DNA of 64,000 nucleotides from Thermoproteota archaeon (GTDB lineage: Archaea; Korarchaeota; Korarchaeia; Korarchaeales; Korarchaeaceae): assembly GCA_027492205.1 (NCBI GenBank), contig JAOZFN010000007.1, forward strand, positions 1 to 64,000, read 5' to 3'. Made by a program: the position numbers and the translations under genes. The notes under the pieces are model-generated. The model had not been told where the DNA came from. It made no database searches and saw only the letters and a program-made list of their open reading frames with translations. This document shows positions 1-9,313 of this stretch, piece after piece; position 1 is the stretch's first letter; every line of letters starts with the position of its first letter.

Positions 1-81
1 GTGGCCAACCGCATGCGGCGCAAGAAGAGCTTGGAGAGGATCCCGAAGCTGCTGGAGCTCGCCCTCCCCAGGGTGGTGTGA
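1..81 (+). CDS. 3' end of upstream gene (partial)
   Basis: Open frame VANRMRRKKSLERIPKLLELALPRVV* ends 1 nt before the AOR ATG; its tail supplies the GGGTGGTG RBS. Confidence 0.55.
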   Translation: MANRMRRKKSLERIPKLLELALPRVV

Positions 82-82
82 G

Positions 83-2020
83 ATGGAGGAGGTCGGAGGC
101 TACGCGGGCAGGTACCTGGAGGTCGACCTCACCACGGGGAAGCACAGGGTGAGGGATACTCCCAGGGCGTGGATGAGGGACTACGTCGGGGGCACGGGGT
201 TCGCCGCCAGGTACCTCTGGGATCACCTCACTCCCGGGATAGATCCACTCGGCCCGGAGAACGTGATATTCTTCGGCACCGGCCCGGTGACCGGCACGCT
301 TGGGCACGCGACCGGTCGGCTGGTGGTAGCGTCCAAGGCGCCCCTCACCGGCATATGGGGCGAGTCCCACGTCGGCGGACAGCTGGCCCCCGAGATCAAG
401 TACGCCGGCTACGACTTCATCGCCATCACCGGCAGGGCGGAGAAGCCGGTGTATCTGTGGATAGACGACGATCACGTGGAGATCAGGGACGCCAGCCACA
501 TGTGGGGCAAGACCACGAGGGAGACCTTCAAGCTGATCTGGGAGGACGTGGGGGACGACAGCGTCCAGTCGGCGGTGATAGGTCCCGCTGGGGAGAGGCT
601 GGTGAGGTTCGCCAACGTCATGGTGGACTTCTACGACGCCGCAGGCAGGACGGGTATGGGGGCCGTGATGGGCTCCAAGAACCTGAAGGCCGTGGCGGTG
701 AGGGGGAGCAGGGGCATCAAGGTGGCCAACTTCGAGGAGTTCTACGAGGTCATCCAGCGCATATACGCCAAGGCCACCACCGGAGAGTGGAGGGAGATAG
801 CGAACGACACCATCAGGGGATACGGAACGCCCTACCTCATCGACGTCATGTACAGCATCGGCAGGCTCCCCACGAAGAACCACTGGACCGGAGTCTTCCC
901 GGAGGCGGAGAAGATAAACGGCGAGGCGCTTAAGGCCGTCAGGATAAGCCACAAGTCGTGCTTCTCCTGCTTCCTTCAGTGCAAGTACGTCCACCACGTC
1001 GACTCCGGCAGGTTCGCGTGCACGCTCACCGGCGGGCCCGAGTACGAGGCCCTGGTGTCTCTGGGGACCAACGTCATGATCAGCGACCTGGGGGCCATAA
1101 TACACGCGAACAACCTCTGCAACGAGTACGGCATGGACGTGATAACGGCCGGGAAGATCATCTCTTGGCTCATGGAGGTATACGAGAGGGGGCTCGTGAC
1201 GGAGGAGGACATCGGCGGCCTGAGGCCCAGGTGGGGGGACATCGACCTGGTCATCGACCTCCTCCACAAGATGGCCAGGAGGGAGGGTATAGGAGACCTC
1301 CTCGCCGAGGGCGCGCTCAGGGCGGCCAGGAAGATCGGGAAGGGCACTGAGAGGTACGTGATACACGTTAAGGGGCTGGAGGCGTCGGCGCAGGACGGCA
1401 GGAGCCACAAGTCCATAGGCCTCGCCCACGCCGTCAACGTGAGGGGCGCAGACCACCTCAGGGGTCTCTGCACCTACGACGAGCTGCCTTGGGCCGTGAA
1501 GTACGCCTATGAGAGGTTCGGCGAGGAGGAGGCTAAGAGGATGGTGATAGACGACAGGCTGGACCCGACGGGCAAGGGATACCTCACCTGGCTGACCGAG
1601 AACTTCTACTCCATCGTGGACTCGATGATCACCTGCAAGTACGGCGCCATGTGGCCGATGATCTACTACTACGACGACTTCGCCCCATGGCTGAAGGCCC
1701 TGACGGGGATAGAGGAGCTTGGAAGCGAGAGGAGGCTCGCCCGGGCAGGGGAGAGGATCTACATGCTCAGGAGGGCCTTCAACGCCAGGGAGGGGGTGGG
1801 CAAGGAGGCGGACACCCTCAACCCGAGGTTCACGGAGGAGCCCATGCCCGAGGGTCCGGGGAAAGGACAGGTGGTGGAACTGGACGTGATGCTCAGGGAG
1901 TACTACGAGTACCGGGGGCTCGACTGGGAGACCGGCTGGCCGAAGCGAAGCAAGTTGGAACAGCTGGGTCTGACCGACGTGGCTGAGGAGCTGGCCAGCC
2001 TGGGGAGGCTGGGGGAGTAG
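83..2020 (+). CDS. aor: Tungsten-containing aldehyde:ferredoxin oxidoreductase family protein
   Basis: 645 aa; YAGRYLEVDL start, AAGRTGMGAVMGSKNLKAVAV, SCFSCFLQC, GPEYE, CNEYGMD, RGADH motifs. Confidence 0.93.
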   Translation: MEEVGGYAGRYLEVDLTTGKHRVRDTPRAWMRDYVGGTGFAARYLWDHLTPGIDPLGPENVIFFGTGPVTGTLGHATGRLVVASKAPLTGIWGESHVGGQLAPEIKYAGYDFIAITGRAEKPVYLWIDDDHVEIRDASHMWGKTTRETFKLIWEDVGDDSVQSAVIGPAGERLVRFANVMVDFYDAAGRTGMGAVMGSKNLKAVAVRGSRGIKVANFEEFYEVIQRIYAKATTGEWREIANDTIRGYGTPYLIDVMYSIGRLPTKNHWTGVFPEAEKINGEALKAVRISHKSCFSCFLQCKYVHHVDSGRFACTLTGGPEYEALVSLGTNVMISDLGAIIHANNLCNEYGMDVITAGKIISWLMEVYERGLVTEEDIGGLRPRWGDIDLVIDLLHKMARREGIGDLLAEGALRAARKIGKGTERYVIHVKGLEASAQDGRSHKSIGLAHAVNVRGADHLRGLCTYDELPWAVKYAYERFGEEEAKRMVIDDRLDPTGKGYLTWLTENFYSIVDSMITCKYGAMWPMIYYYDDFAPWLKALTGIEELGSERRLARAGERIYMLRRAFNAREGVGKEADTLNPRFTEEPMPEGPGKGQVVELDVMLREYYEYRGLDWETGWPKRSKLEQLGLTDVAEELASLGRLGE

Positions 2021-2024
2021 GCTT

Positions 2025-2050
2025 AACCTTCCCCCTTTGTTCTGTTTGTG
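2025..2050 (+). terminator. Putative pyrimidine/T-rich archaeal terminator
   Basis: CCTTCCCCTTTGTTCTGTTTG directly after the AOR stop. Confidence 0.4.
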
Positions 2051-2949
2051 GGCAGGGGGCTGAGTGGGTTTTTGGAACGCGGGGCCGCCTCACAGGCAGG
2101 CTGAACGGTCAGGATCTCCCGTCTTCGATCGGCCTGAGCCTCGGCTCCACTTCAGCTATTGCCTCGAAGTCCCTGTCACCCGTGACCACCTCCAAGCCCC
2201 GCCTGACGGCGACGCTCGCTCCTCAACTGGGGGAGGCGTTGAAAGTCCTTTAGCGATCTCCCGTATCACGAGGACATTTAGGGATTTAGTGGATGTAGGA
2301 CGCTACATGGAGAGAAAGAGGATGAGCTACTGCTCATGGGGGGTAGCCTGGATGCTAGTATGCCGAGCGCCGTCGCTCCCTCGACTTTACAGCGCTCCCG
2401 CGCAGTGACGCCTGTGACTCCACCTTGCCGCGCAGCAGTAGGGGTTCTCGACATCCCCACACCCGTACTGGTGCTCCCCTTAGCAGCAGAACCGAATCCA
2501 ACGCGCGCGAGACGTTACTCTCCTCAATTTCCCCCTCTCTCCACTGAAGGGGTCACCGGTGAGAATAATGGCGTCGGTAGCTCCATCCTCCCGAATGCAG
2601 CAACAGGAACAGGAGCCGATACCTCTCGCGCACCTTATTGTCTCATCATAGGAATTTTCGTATAAGTCTGCTGTTAATGCACGATGTATATCATTATATC
2701 TGCCAGATCAAGCGATTGATTGCTTTCCGGAGCTTATATGGGTAAACATGGATGGTTCAGTGCTAAGTAAGTTATACCGGTGGTCTCGGGCCTCGCTCCG
2801 ACGATAGCGGTCCCAAGACACCCCCGCGACCGATGACATCTCTTAGAGGCGCCATCTTGGGAGGCGCACTTTGCTGAGCCATGACCTATGGGAGGGTTGG
2901 AGATCCCCTCCGACCAACGTTATTAGGGGTGAAGGGATAGGAGGCATGG

Positions 2950-3267
2950 ATGCTCTCGCTAAGGTTGGGAGGCGTTCTGAAGAAGCTCAGAGAGGAGCTA
3001 TCAAAGATCCCGGGGGCCAGGGCGGTGATCTTGTTCGGCTCCGTTGCAAGGGGCGACTACCGGCCTGACAGCGACGTGGACATACTATTAGTGGTTGAGG
3101 ATGTGGAGCGGGCCAGGCCCATGGCGCGAAGGATCTCCTCGAACCTGTTTTCAGAGACGGGCGTGCCCGTTACGGTGATCGTCGCGTCCGTCGATGACTA
3201 CTCGTCAGGCAGGACCGCCCTCATCAGGAGGGCGAGGAGGGAGGGCAAGGTGCTTTGGAGGGCTTGA
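2950..3267 (+). CDS. Minimal nucleotidyltransferase (MNT) antitoxin
   Basis: ILFGSVARGDYRPDSDVDILLV motif; ~105 aa; overlaps downstream HEPN gene. Confidence 0.9.
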   Translation: MLSLRLGGVLKKLREELSKIPGARAVILFGSVARGDYRPDSDVDILLVVEDVERARPMARRISSNLFSETGVPVTVIVASVDDYSSGRTALIRRARREGKVLWRA

Positions 3268-3668
3268 GGGAGGCTGAGGCCCTGCTCAGGAAGGCCAGGG
3301 CCAAGCTCAGGTCGGCCAAGCTGCTGCTTGAGGCCGGAGAGCTGGAGGACGCCGTGAGTAGGGCCTATTATGCGGCGTTCAGCGCCGCGCGGGCGGTCCT
3401 CCTCCTCGTCGGAGAGGAGCCGACCACGCACTCGGGGGTCGCCTTCAGGCTCTGGTTCAGATTTGTGGAGGGGGGTCTGCTCGAGAGGGAGTACGCAAGG
3501 GTGCTCAACGTCTTGAGAGAGGCAAGAGAGGAGGGAGATTACGCGTCGGCCTTCACGCTGTCAGAGGAGGAGGTTGAGGAACTCATAGAGGACTCGGAGA
3601 GGTTCGTCAGGAGGATGGAAAAACTCTGGAGGGAGATCAAGGGGACCTCAGAGAGATCCCTGCCCTGA
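3255..3668 (+). CDS. HEPN domain protein (MNT-HEPN pair)
   Basis: AVSRAYYAAF, PTTHSGV and REEGDY (Rx4Y) motifs typical of archaeal HEPN partners of MNT. Confidence 0.88.
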   Translation: MEGLREAEALLRKARAKLRSAKLLLEAGELEDAVSRAYYAAFSAARAVLLLVGEEPTTHSGVAFRLWFRFVEGGLLEREYARVLNVLREAREEGDYASAFTLSEEEVEELIEDSERFVRRMEKLWREIKGTSERSLP

Positions 3669-4023
3669 ATCCCCCAAGGATCCTCCACGGTGATCTTAGA
3701 GGTACGCGAGTTCTTCGACCAAGGCCGGGGATTCGGGCCTCCAGGGACCCCCTCGCTGACGCGACGAGGGGCTGGCCGACCATCGGGGCTTTGTGGGGAG
3801 GGTTTCGACCAGGCGGCAACCCTGACCTGGCCCCCCTTGCTGGCGAGTCCATGGGCGGTGAAAGTGAGCCTCGACATTAAGCGGCCCGACCTGCACTATA
3901 ACCTCGCCACCGAGGGCATCACCGGCCTCAGAAGGGCAGCCGCAGGCTCGAAAGCTACACGGCTCAAAATTAGGGTCGGGATGCGGACCCGCCACCTGGG
4001 TTCAGGAGATCCGCCCCCTCACG

Positions 4024-4470
4024 CTAGACCCAAAAAGCCGTCCCTCGGGATCCTGGAGAGAGCGGCCCACGCTTGTAGACGCCCACGGAGGCCTCCGGGT
4101 GGTCGATCCTCCTGAGCCCCCTAGATAGCTCATCCGGCAAGAGATCTCCAACCCACTCCATCCCTAGCGCCTCTAAGACGTCCCTGTACGTGTAGAAGAT
4201 GACCTTGCCCCCGTCCCTGCAGGCCCTGATGATCTTCTCGACCACAGGGGGGATGTCGCCAGGGTGAACGTCGTATGGGTCGAAGAATATGAAGCCGAAG
4301 GAGCTTGGCTCGAGCTCCACGTCAACTATGTTCGAGATGCTGAAGTTATCCGCGAACTGAGGCAGGACGACCTCCCTGGCCTGTCTTATGGACTCCTCGA
4401 TGAAGTCAACCCCGTGGGGCTCCAGCTCGAACTCGGAGTTCTCAACCAGGTGGCGGATCGTGAGTCCGTC
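4024..4470 (-). pseudogene. 5'-truncated class I SAM-dependent methyltransferase-like remnant
   Basis: Frame GLTIRHLVENSEFELEPHGVDFIEESIRQARE...FGFIFFD...ACRDGGKVIF; in-frame TAA just upstream, SAM-binding motif I missing. Confidence 0.55.
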
Positions 4471-4496
4471 TTATCGGGCAGGACAGGCAGGGTTCC

Positions 4497-4860
4497 CTAA
4501 GCCTGGGCTGAGAGACCTTCGCGATAGGGGGTAGGAGTCGGCCTCCCTCCAGGCCTCAGCCAGGCCCCCCTAACCGAGGAGAACCTGGAGTCTAGAACGT
4601 CGCGCAGCAGAGCGTTGCCAGAGGGTCCAGGTCCATTATGTCGGGCCTCTTGCAGGACCCAGGAGTCCACGGGCAGGACCCCAGGCGCGAAGGGAGTGCA
4701 CCAGAAGCTCACCCCACCCAGGAGAGCGTAGAACTCGATCGCCGGTGATGCGGCGCGCACTGCTGGAACGGATTCCAGCTCTCCTGGGGAACCAACGTGG
4801 CCTCCAGCAGCGTCCCGTGCCTGGGTCCTAGAAGAGCTACACTGAGGTGGGGCGGCTGCC
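4497..4860 (-). pseudogene. Degraded archaeal ATPase (AAA/DUF234-like) remnant
   Basis: HLSVALLGPRHGTLL (eroded Walker A) followed in another frame by IEFYALLGG...ALLRDVLD. Confidence 0.4.
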
Positions 4861-4862
4861 TC

Positions 4863-5336
4863 TCAGGAGTCGGTGGATTCGCTGAGGCGCAGGCTCCCGA
4901 CCCTGACGATGTCAAGCTTCAGGTTCAACCCCGAGGCGGCCTCAGCGAGCGCGTCGAAGTGCGCATCCCCGTCGAGCGCCAGGGCGGGGGATCCAGAGTG
5001 GATGGCCGCCGCCGCGCTGGATATGTCCCCCCACGGAACGTTCAGATCGCTCTCGGAAACCTTCGCTCTGAGCCTCCCCATAAGCACCGCATAGCCGACG
5101 TCGTCGACGATGTCGAGCCACCTCGCGACGAGTCTGGCGTACTCTAGGGCGACATCTTCCTCATAGCCGAGTTTGCGAGTCGCGTGAAGCAGCTCCGCTA
5201 GGTTGAAGAGCCCCACGAGCAGCCGGACCCGCCGATTCTCCACGAGGCGGATCAGCCGCCTTACATCCCTCCAGCCAGGCTCCCTGGTCAGCGGCAGCAG
5301 GAGTGGTCCGGTGTCTACCACGAACGTATCCGGCAA
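4863..5336 (-). CDS. vapC: VapC/PIN domain toxin
   Basis: FVVDTGPLL, NLAELLH, PWGDISSAAAA, DGDAHF PIN acidic residues; likely TTG start at 5336. Confidence 0.85.
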   Translation of the reverse strand: MPDTFVVDTGPLLLPLTREPGWRDVRRLIRLVENRRVRLLVGLFNLAELLHATRKLGYEEDVALEYARLVARWLDIVDDVGYAVLMGRLRAKVSESDLNVPWGDISSAAAAIHSGSPALALDGDAHFDALAEAASGLNLKLDIVRVGSLRLSESTDS

Positions 5337-5580
5337 TCTCCTCAATTCTATCCCTCTCACTCTCTTCCCCTAACTCCCTGTCCTCTAAGAAGTCCCTAAC
5401 GGAACCCAGGGGATTCAAGGAGTCCAGGAAGTCGGTCAGGCGCCTGGGTTTCCTCAACACTATCCGGTCTCCCTCGACCTCCAACTCTAGCTCATCCCCC
5501 TCCCTTATGCCGAGCCTCTCCCTGATCCCTTTGGGGATCACCACGGCGAAGCGCTTTCCCACTCTCACGGTCACTCCCAT
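5161..5580 (-). CDS. vapB: AbrB/MazE-type antitoxin (VapB)
   Basis: MGVTVRVGKRFAVVIPKGIRERLGIREGDELELEVEGDRIVLRK swapped-hairpin signature; upstream of PIN gene. Confidence 0.85.
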   Translation of the reverse strand: MGVTVRVGKRFAVVIPKGIRERLGIREGDELELEVEGDRIVLRKPRRLTDFLDSLNPLGSVRDFLEDRELGEESERDRIEEIAGYVRGRHRTTPAAADQGAWLEGCKAADPPRGESAGPAARGALQPSGAASRDSQTRL

Positions 5581-5618
5581 GCTCCTCCTCCGGAGGGGCA
5601 ATCCCCCCTAATAATGGT

Positions 5619-5665
5619 ATCTGATTGTCTGACAGATCGATCCGAAGCTTGCCGACTATAATCGG
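5619..5665 (-). promoter_or_regulatory. vapBC promoter region with inverted repeats (possible autorepression operators)
   Basis: ATCTG..CAGAT and CCGA-CTATAA-TCGG inverted repeats around an AT-rich box. Confidence 0.35.
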
Positions 5666-5704
5666 TTGATATGGATCTCTAACTCGAATGGGCGCGCGAG
5701 CTAT

Positions 5705-6025
5705 TAGCGCGAACCCTCACTATCACTCTGGAGCCTTCTCTCTTTGCAGATGCAATCAGCTCAATCCTCTGGCCGCCTCTCAGGGCATCCTCGATGTCTT
5801 CCCTCGTCACTCCCGTTATTCCCCCCTCTTAACATCCCCGAGAGTGATGTTAGCCCCCACGAGCACACTGGCCAAGATAACCAGTTTTACCCCAGTTTTT
5901 ACCTCGGCATCCCATACCTCAACGTCGGCTGTGGGATCAGGCTCTGCGTATCCAAGCCTCTGAGCCTCGCGAAGCGCATCCTCGTAGCTCATGCCTCCTC
6001 CATCTATATATATGACAAAATGGGA
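5705..6025 (-). pseudogene. hom: Homoserine dehydrogenase C-terminal fragment, frameshifted
   Basis: MSYEDALREAQRLGYAEPDPTADVE...KLVILA...ITLGDVKR then frameshift GITGVTREDIEDALRGGQRIELIA; not in the ORF track. Confidence 0.8.
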
Positions 6026-6047
6026 ATTTCAAGTTAACATTTTCAAG

Positions 6048-6677
6048 TTAACATAATTGCCTCATGGGCACTCCAACACCAAAAACCAACCCTAACTTCA
6101 ACCTGCCCATGGCCTCCTCGCCGTTGTCGTAGATCTCCTCTATCCCGAACAGGTAGGCCGGGGTCCTGCCCCAGTCCCTCCTCGCCCTCGGCCTGTGGAA
6201 GACGTCGTGGACCGCGTTGACGAACTCCCAAACCGGGCCACTTTGGTGGATTTCCACCGAGCGTCTGACCTCGTAAGACGTGACGGGCGGCGTGAAGAAG
6301 AGTATCGTCGCCTTGGGGTTGACCCTGACGTTCTCACAGGTGTGCCCCTTGGCGATCTCGAGGGTCGTGAGCCTGCTGAAGTCTACCAGGTCCTCCAGGT
6401 AGATCTCTTCGAGCAGGAATCTGGCCGCCCGCCTGACATCGTAAGGTCTCTTCAGCTCCTCCCTGAGCTTGTCCAGAGTGCCCTGGAGGTACCCAGGCTT
6501 GTGGATGAACCCAATGCCCTTGATGGAGCCGTTGGGGCCGGCCAGCCCGCACGTGATGATCGCGGGATTGTGCCTGGTGAACCCTATCAGCGCAGACTGG
6601 CCCAGCCCACCCTCGAGCATGGATCTCAGGGCGGCCACCCTCTCCCTGAACGCGTACTCTATGAAGATCCTCGGCAT
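6048..6677 (-). CDS. Pyridoxamine 5'-phosphate oxidase-like FMN-binding protein
   Basis: HNPAIITCGLAGPNGSIKGIGF, HTCENVRVNPKATILFFTPP, VNAVHDVFH split-barrel-like motifs. Confidence 0.6.
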   Translation of the reverse strand: MPRIFIEYAFRERVAALRSMLEGGLGQSALIGFTRHNPAIITCGLAGPNGSIKGIGFIHKPGYLQGTLDKLREELKRPYDVRRAARFLLEEIYLEDLVDFSRLTTLEIAKGHTCENVRVNPKATILFFTPPVTSYEVRRSVEIHQSGPVWEFVNAVHDVFHRPRARRDWGRTPAYLFGIEEIYDNGEEAMGRLKLGLVFGVGVPMRQLC

Positions 6678-6739
6678 CTCGGGCGTCTGAGACCCCGGAG
6701 GGTTCAGCCGTCGAGGCTTTTTCAGCTCAGCGGCGCTGC

Positions 6740-7075
6740 TCAGTACTCCAGCCTGGTCTTCTCCTCGAGATCCAGCTCTATTCCTCCAACCGCCTTGGCC
6801 GCGAGGTTGTACAGGATGGCCCCTATGGCTCCGCCGATGCCAGCGACGATCCCGTAGATGATCCCGAGCAGTATCCCGCCCACCAGGCCACCCAAGGGCA
6901 GCAGGCCCGTAGGGTATCCGCTCGGTCGAACCCCGGGGGCGGTGGGCGCCATCGAGAGGATCGGGACCAGGAGGAGTCCCAGGATGATCCCGAGAATCAC
7001 GCCCAGGATCAGGTAGATCTTGAAGACGGAGGCGACCCCAACCCTCTTAACCTCGACCTTTGTCACTCGCGTCAC
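6740..7075 (-). CDS. Small two-TM membrane protein (DUF3566-like)
   Basis: VKRVGVASVFKI + TM, second TM, LYNLAAKAVGGIELDLE C-terminus. Confidence 0.65.
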   Translation of the reverse strand: MTRVTKVEVKRVGVASVFKIYLILGVILGIILGLLLVPILSMAPTAPGVRPSGYPTGLLPLGGLVGGILLGIIYGIVAGIGGAIGAILYNLAAKAVGGIELDLEEKTRLEY

Positions 7076-7199
7076 CTGACGATGTGACTCCCTGGTTCCA
7101 TTTATCTCTTTTCTGTGAAGTGGGGTTGCCGCAGAAAAATTAATTCTGTTTACTCACCAGAGGGGGCGCGCCCGTTATACACAAGCGACCCCCGCAGCC

Positions 7200-7829
7200 G
7201 TGATGCGTGCAGCCGCCCAAGAGCTGATCAGGCTCGCGCGGGAGATAGACCTGATGAGGATGGAGGTCGGGGAGGAGTTTGAATCGGGCTTCTGGGAGTT
7301 CGAGGTCCTGGATCGCAGGATAGGTAAGGGAGAAGCCTGTTTAATCTTCGCCCTAAGGCCGTCCTACGCGGGGGAGGGTAGGTTCTGGATCCTCTCAGAT
7401 GGATCCGTGTCTAGGGCGGTCGTCGAGGGGGAGGAGGTGTTGTCTCCCAAGAGGGCGGCCTCCCTCCTGGAGAACTACCTGGGGCCGTTCGTCGCCTATC
7501 ACGACGTGACTACCAAGGAATACTACAGGAAGAGGGAGGGGCTCGACCGGTCGGCCGGTCGCGTGAGGAGGCTCGGCAAGAAGAAGTTCAAGTTCGGAGA
7601 CTTCAAGCTCAAGGCGGAGGGCTACAGGTACTTCCCGGCCTCCAGCATATCTGCGCCCCACCCAATCAGGCAGATAGAATTCTGGGTCTCCAGGGTGGGG
7701 GATGAGGAGATCCTGCTCAAATACAGGGCCGAAATGTGGGTGAAGCCTCGGCTCTTCTGGATCGAGGTTCGGGACCTGACCCTCAGGCGGGCGACACCCG
7801 CCCGCTCGGCCGACCGCCGACCCGTGTGA
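7200..7829 (+). CDS. Hypothetical protein
   Basis: 209 aa ORF with host codon usage downstream of a GTTATA box. Confidence 0.6.
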   Translation: MMRAAAQELIRLAREIDLMRMEVGEEFESGFWEFEVLDRRIGKGEACLIFALRPSYAGEGRFWILSDGSVSRAVVEGEEVLSPKRAASLLENYLGPFVAYHDVTTKEYYRKREGLDRSAGRVRRLGKKKFKFGDFKLKAEGYRYFPASSISAPHPIRQIEFWVSRVGDEEILLKYRAEMWVKPRLFWIEVRDLTLRRATPARSADRRPV

Positions 7830-7855
7830 AGCGATCCAAAAAGGTGAGGGGAGGT

Positions 7856-9310
7856 TCAGGGCCCAAAGGCCTCTGCTATGGGCTGAGCAAGGCCAAGGCC
7901 GAGCACCACGCTGAGGATCGCGGTCAGAACCACCACTGCGACCTCCGGATCAGAGGCCCTCTCGGCCGGCGCCTCCCCTCCGCCCTCCTTGAAGAACATG
8001 TACCGGATAACCTGGGCGTAGTAGCCGACGGATATCCCGCTGTTGAGGATGGCTATCAAGGTCAACCACGGGGCCGTGTCAACGACCGACAGGAACAGGT
8101 AGGTGAACTTGCTCCAGAATCCCAAGAGCGGCGGCATCCCCATGAGGCTCAGGAGCAGCACGGCGATCCCCAGGGACAGGGCTGGCATCCTCCTTCCTAT
8201 GCCCCTCATATCCTCCAGCGTCGTGCCGAGGCCTCTCCGTATCAGGTAGGCGAGCCCTACGAAGACTCCGACCTTCGCGAGGACGTAGGTCGTGAGGTGG
8301 AGGACCACCCCCTGAAGTCCGGTGACCCTGCTGAGGGGATCTGCCACGGCCGCGAAGCCCACGAGCAGGTAGCCCGCGTGAGCTATGCTGCTGTAGGCCA
8401 TCATCCTCTGCACGTTCTTCTGCACGAGGGCGACCATGTTCCCGTAAGTCATCGTCAGCACGGCCAGCAGGCCCAGCACGTGAAGCCAGTTCTGGGGTCC
8501 CGTCGAGGCCACCAGCGGTAGCACCATCCTCAGGATGCCAGCTATTGCAGCCATCTTGACGACGCCAGCTATGTAGGAGACGAGCAGCGGGTGAACGCCC
8601 CCGTAGACATCGGGCAGCCACGCGTGGAACGGGAATATCCCCAGCTTGAAGCCGAAGGAGGCGACGAGCACTATCAAGGTCACGAGTATCAGGCTCATCT
8701 GAAACCCGGAGATCCTGATGGACTCCGGCAGGAAACTCGTGCCCGTGAGGCCCACGAGGACCGCGATGCCCAGGACCATCAGCGAGGAGGAGGCGGCGCC
8801 CATCAGTCCGTACTTGGCCGCGCCCTCCAGAGACCTCGGGTCGTCCTTCTTCAGGCCCACCACGACGTAGGAGGCCACCGCCACGAGGGTCCAGGCGGAC
8901 AGCAGGGTCGCCATGTCTGAGACGAACAGCATCGCCAGCACTCCCGCCAGCGTGAGCAGAATGAGCGAGTAGAAGCTCGGGGCAGTGGACCAGCCCTTGA
9001 CTTCAGGGATGGAGGCCACGGCGACCAGGAGGGTTCCGAGAGAGACCAGCACCCCTAGGTAAGCGGAGTACCTGTCGAATAGCAGGGTATCCTCGAAGGC
9101 GAAGACCCTCTGGCCTAAAGAGGACAGCTCCAATGCCAAGGTAAGGGTGAGGATAAGCGCCGCCACTAGGACTGCAACGCCTAGGTATCCGAGGAAGCCG
9201 TACCCGCCGGACCTCTCTTCTCTCATTCCCCTATCGACGAGCGGTATCAGGAGCCCGGGAGTGACCAGGAGGAACATTAGGGCTTCGAAGATCTCGATTG
9301 GACCCAGCAT
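7856..9310 (-). CDS. nuoN: Complex I-like subunit N
   Basis: EGAAKY, GFKLGIFPFHAWLPDVYGG, RMMAYSSIAHAGY. Confidence 0.92.
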   Translation of the reverse strand: MLGPIEIFEALMFLLVTPGLLIPLVDRGMREERSGGYGFLGYLGVAVLVAALILTLTLALELSSLGQRVFAFEDTLLFDRYSAYLGVLVSLGTLLVAVASIPEVKGWSTAPSFYSLILLTLAGVLAMLFVSDMATLLSAWTLVAVASYVVVGLKKDDPRSLEGAAKYGLMGAASSSLMVLGIAVLVGLTGTSFLPESIRISGFQMSLILVTLIVLVASFGFKLGIFPFHAWLPDVYGGVHPLLVSYIAGVVKMAAIAGILRMVLPLVASTGPQNWLHVLGLLAVLTMTYGNMVALVQKNVQRMMAYSSIAHAGYLLVGFAAVADPLSRVTGLQGVVLHLTTYVLAKVGVFVGLAYLIRRGLGTTLEDMRGIGRRMPALSLGIAVLLLSLMGMPPLLGFWSKFTYLFLSVVDTAPWLTLIAILNSGISVGYYAQVIRYMFFKEGGGEAPAERASDPEVAVVVLTAILSVVLGLGLAQPIAEAFGP

Positions 9311-9313
9311 GCC

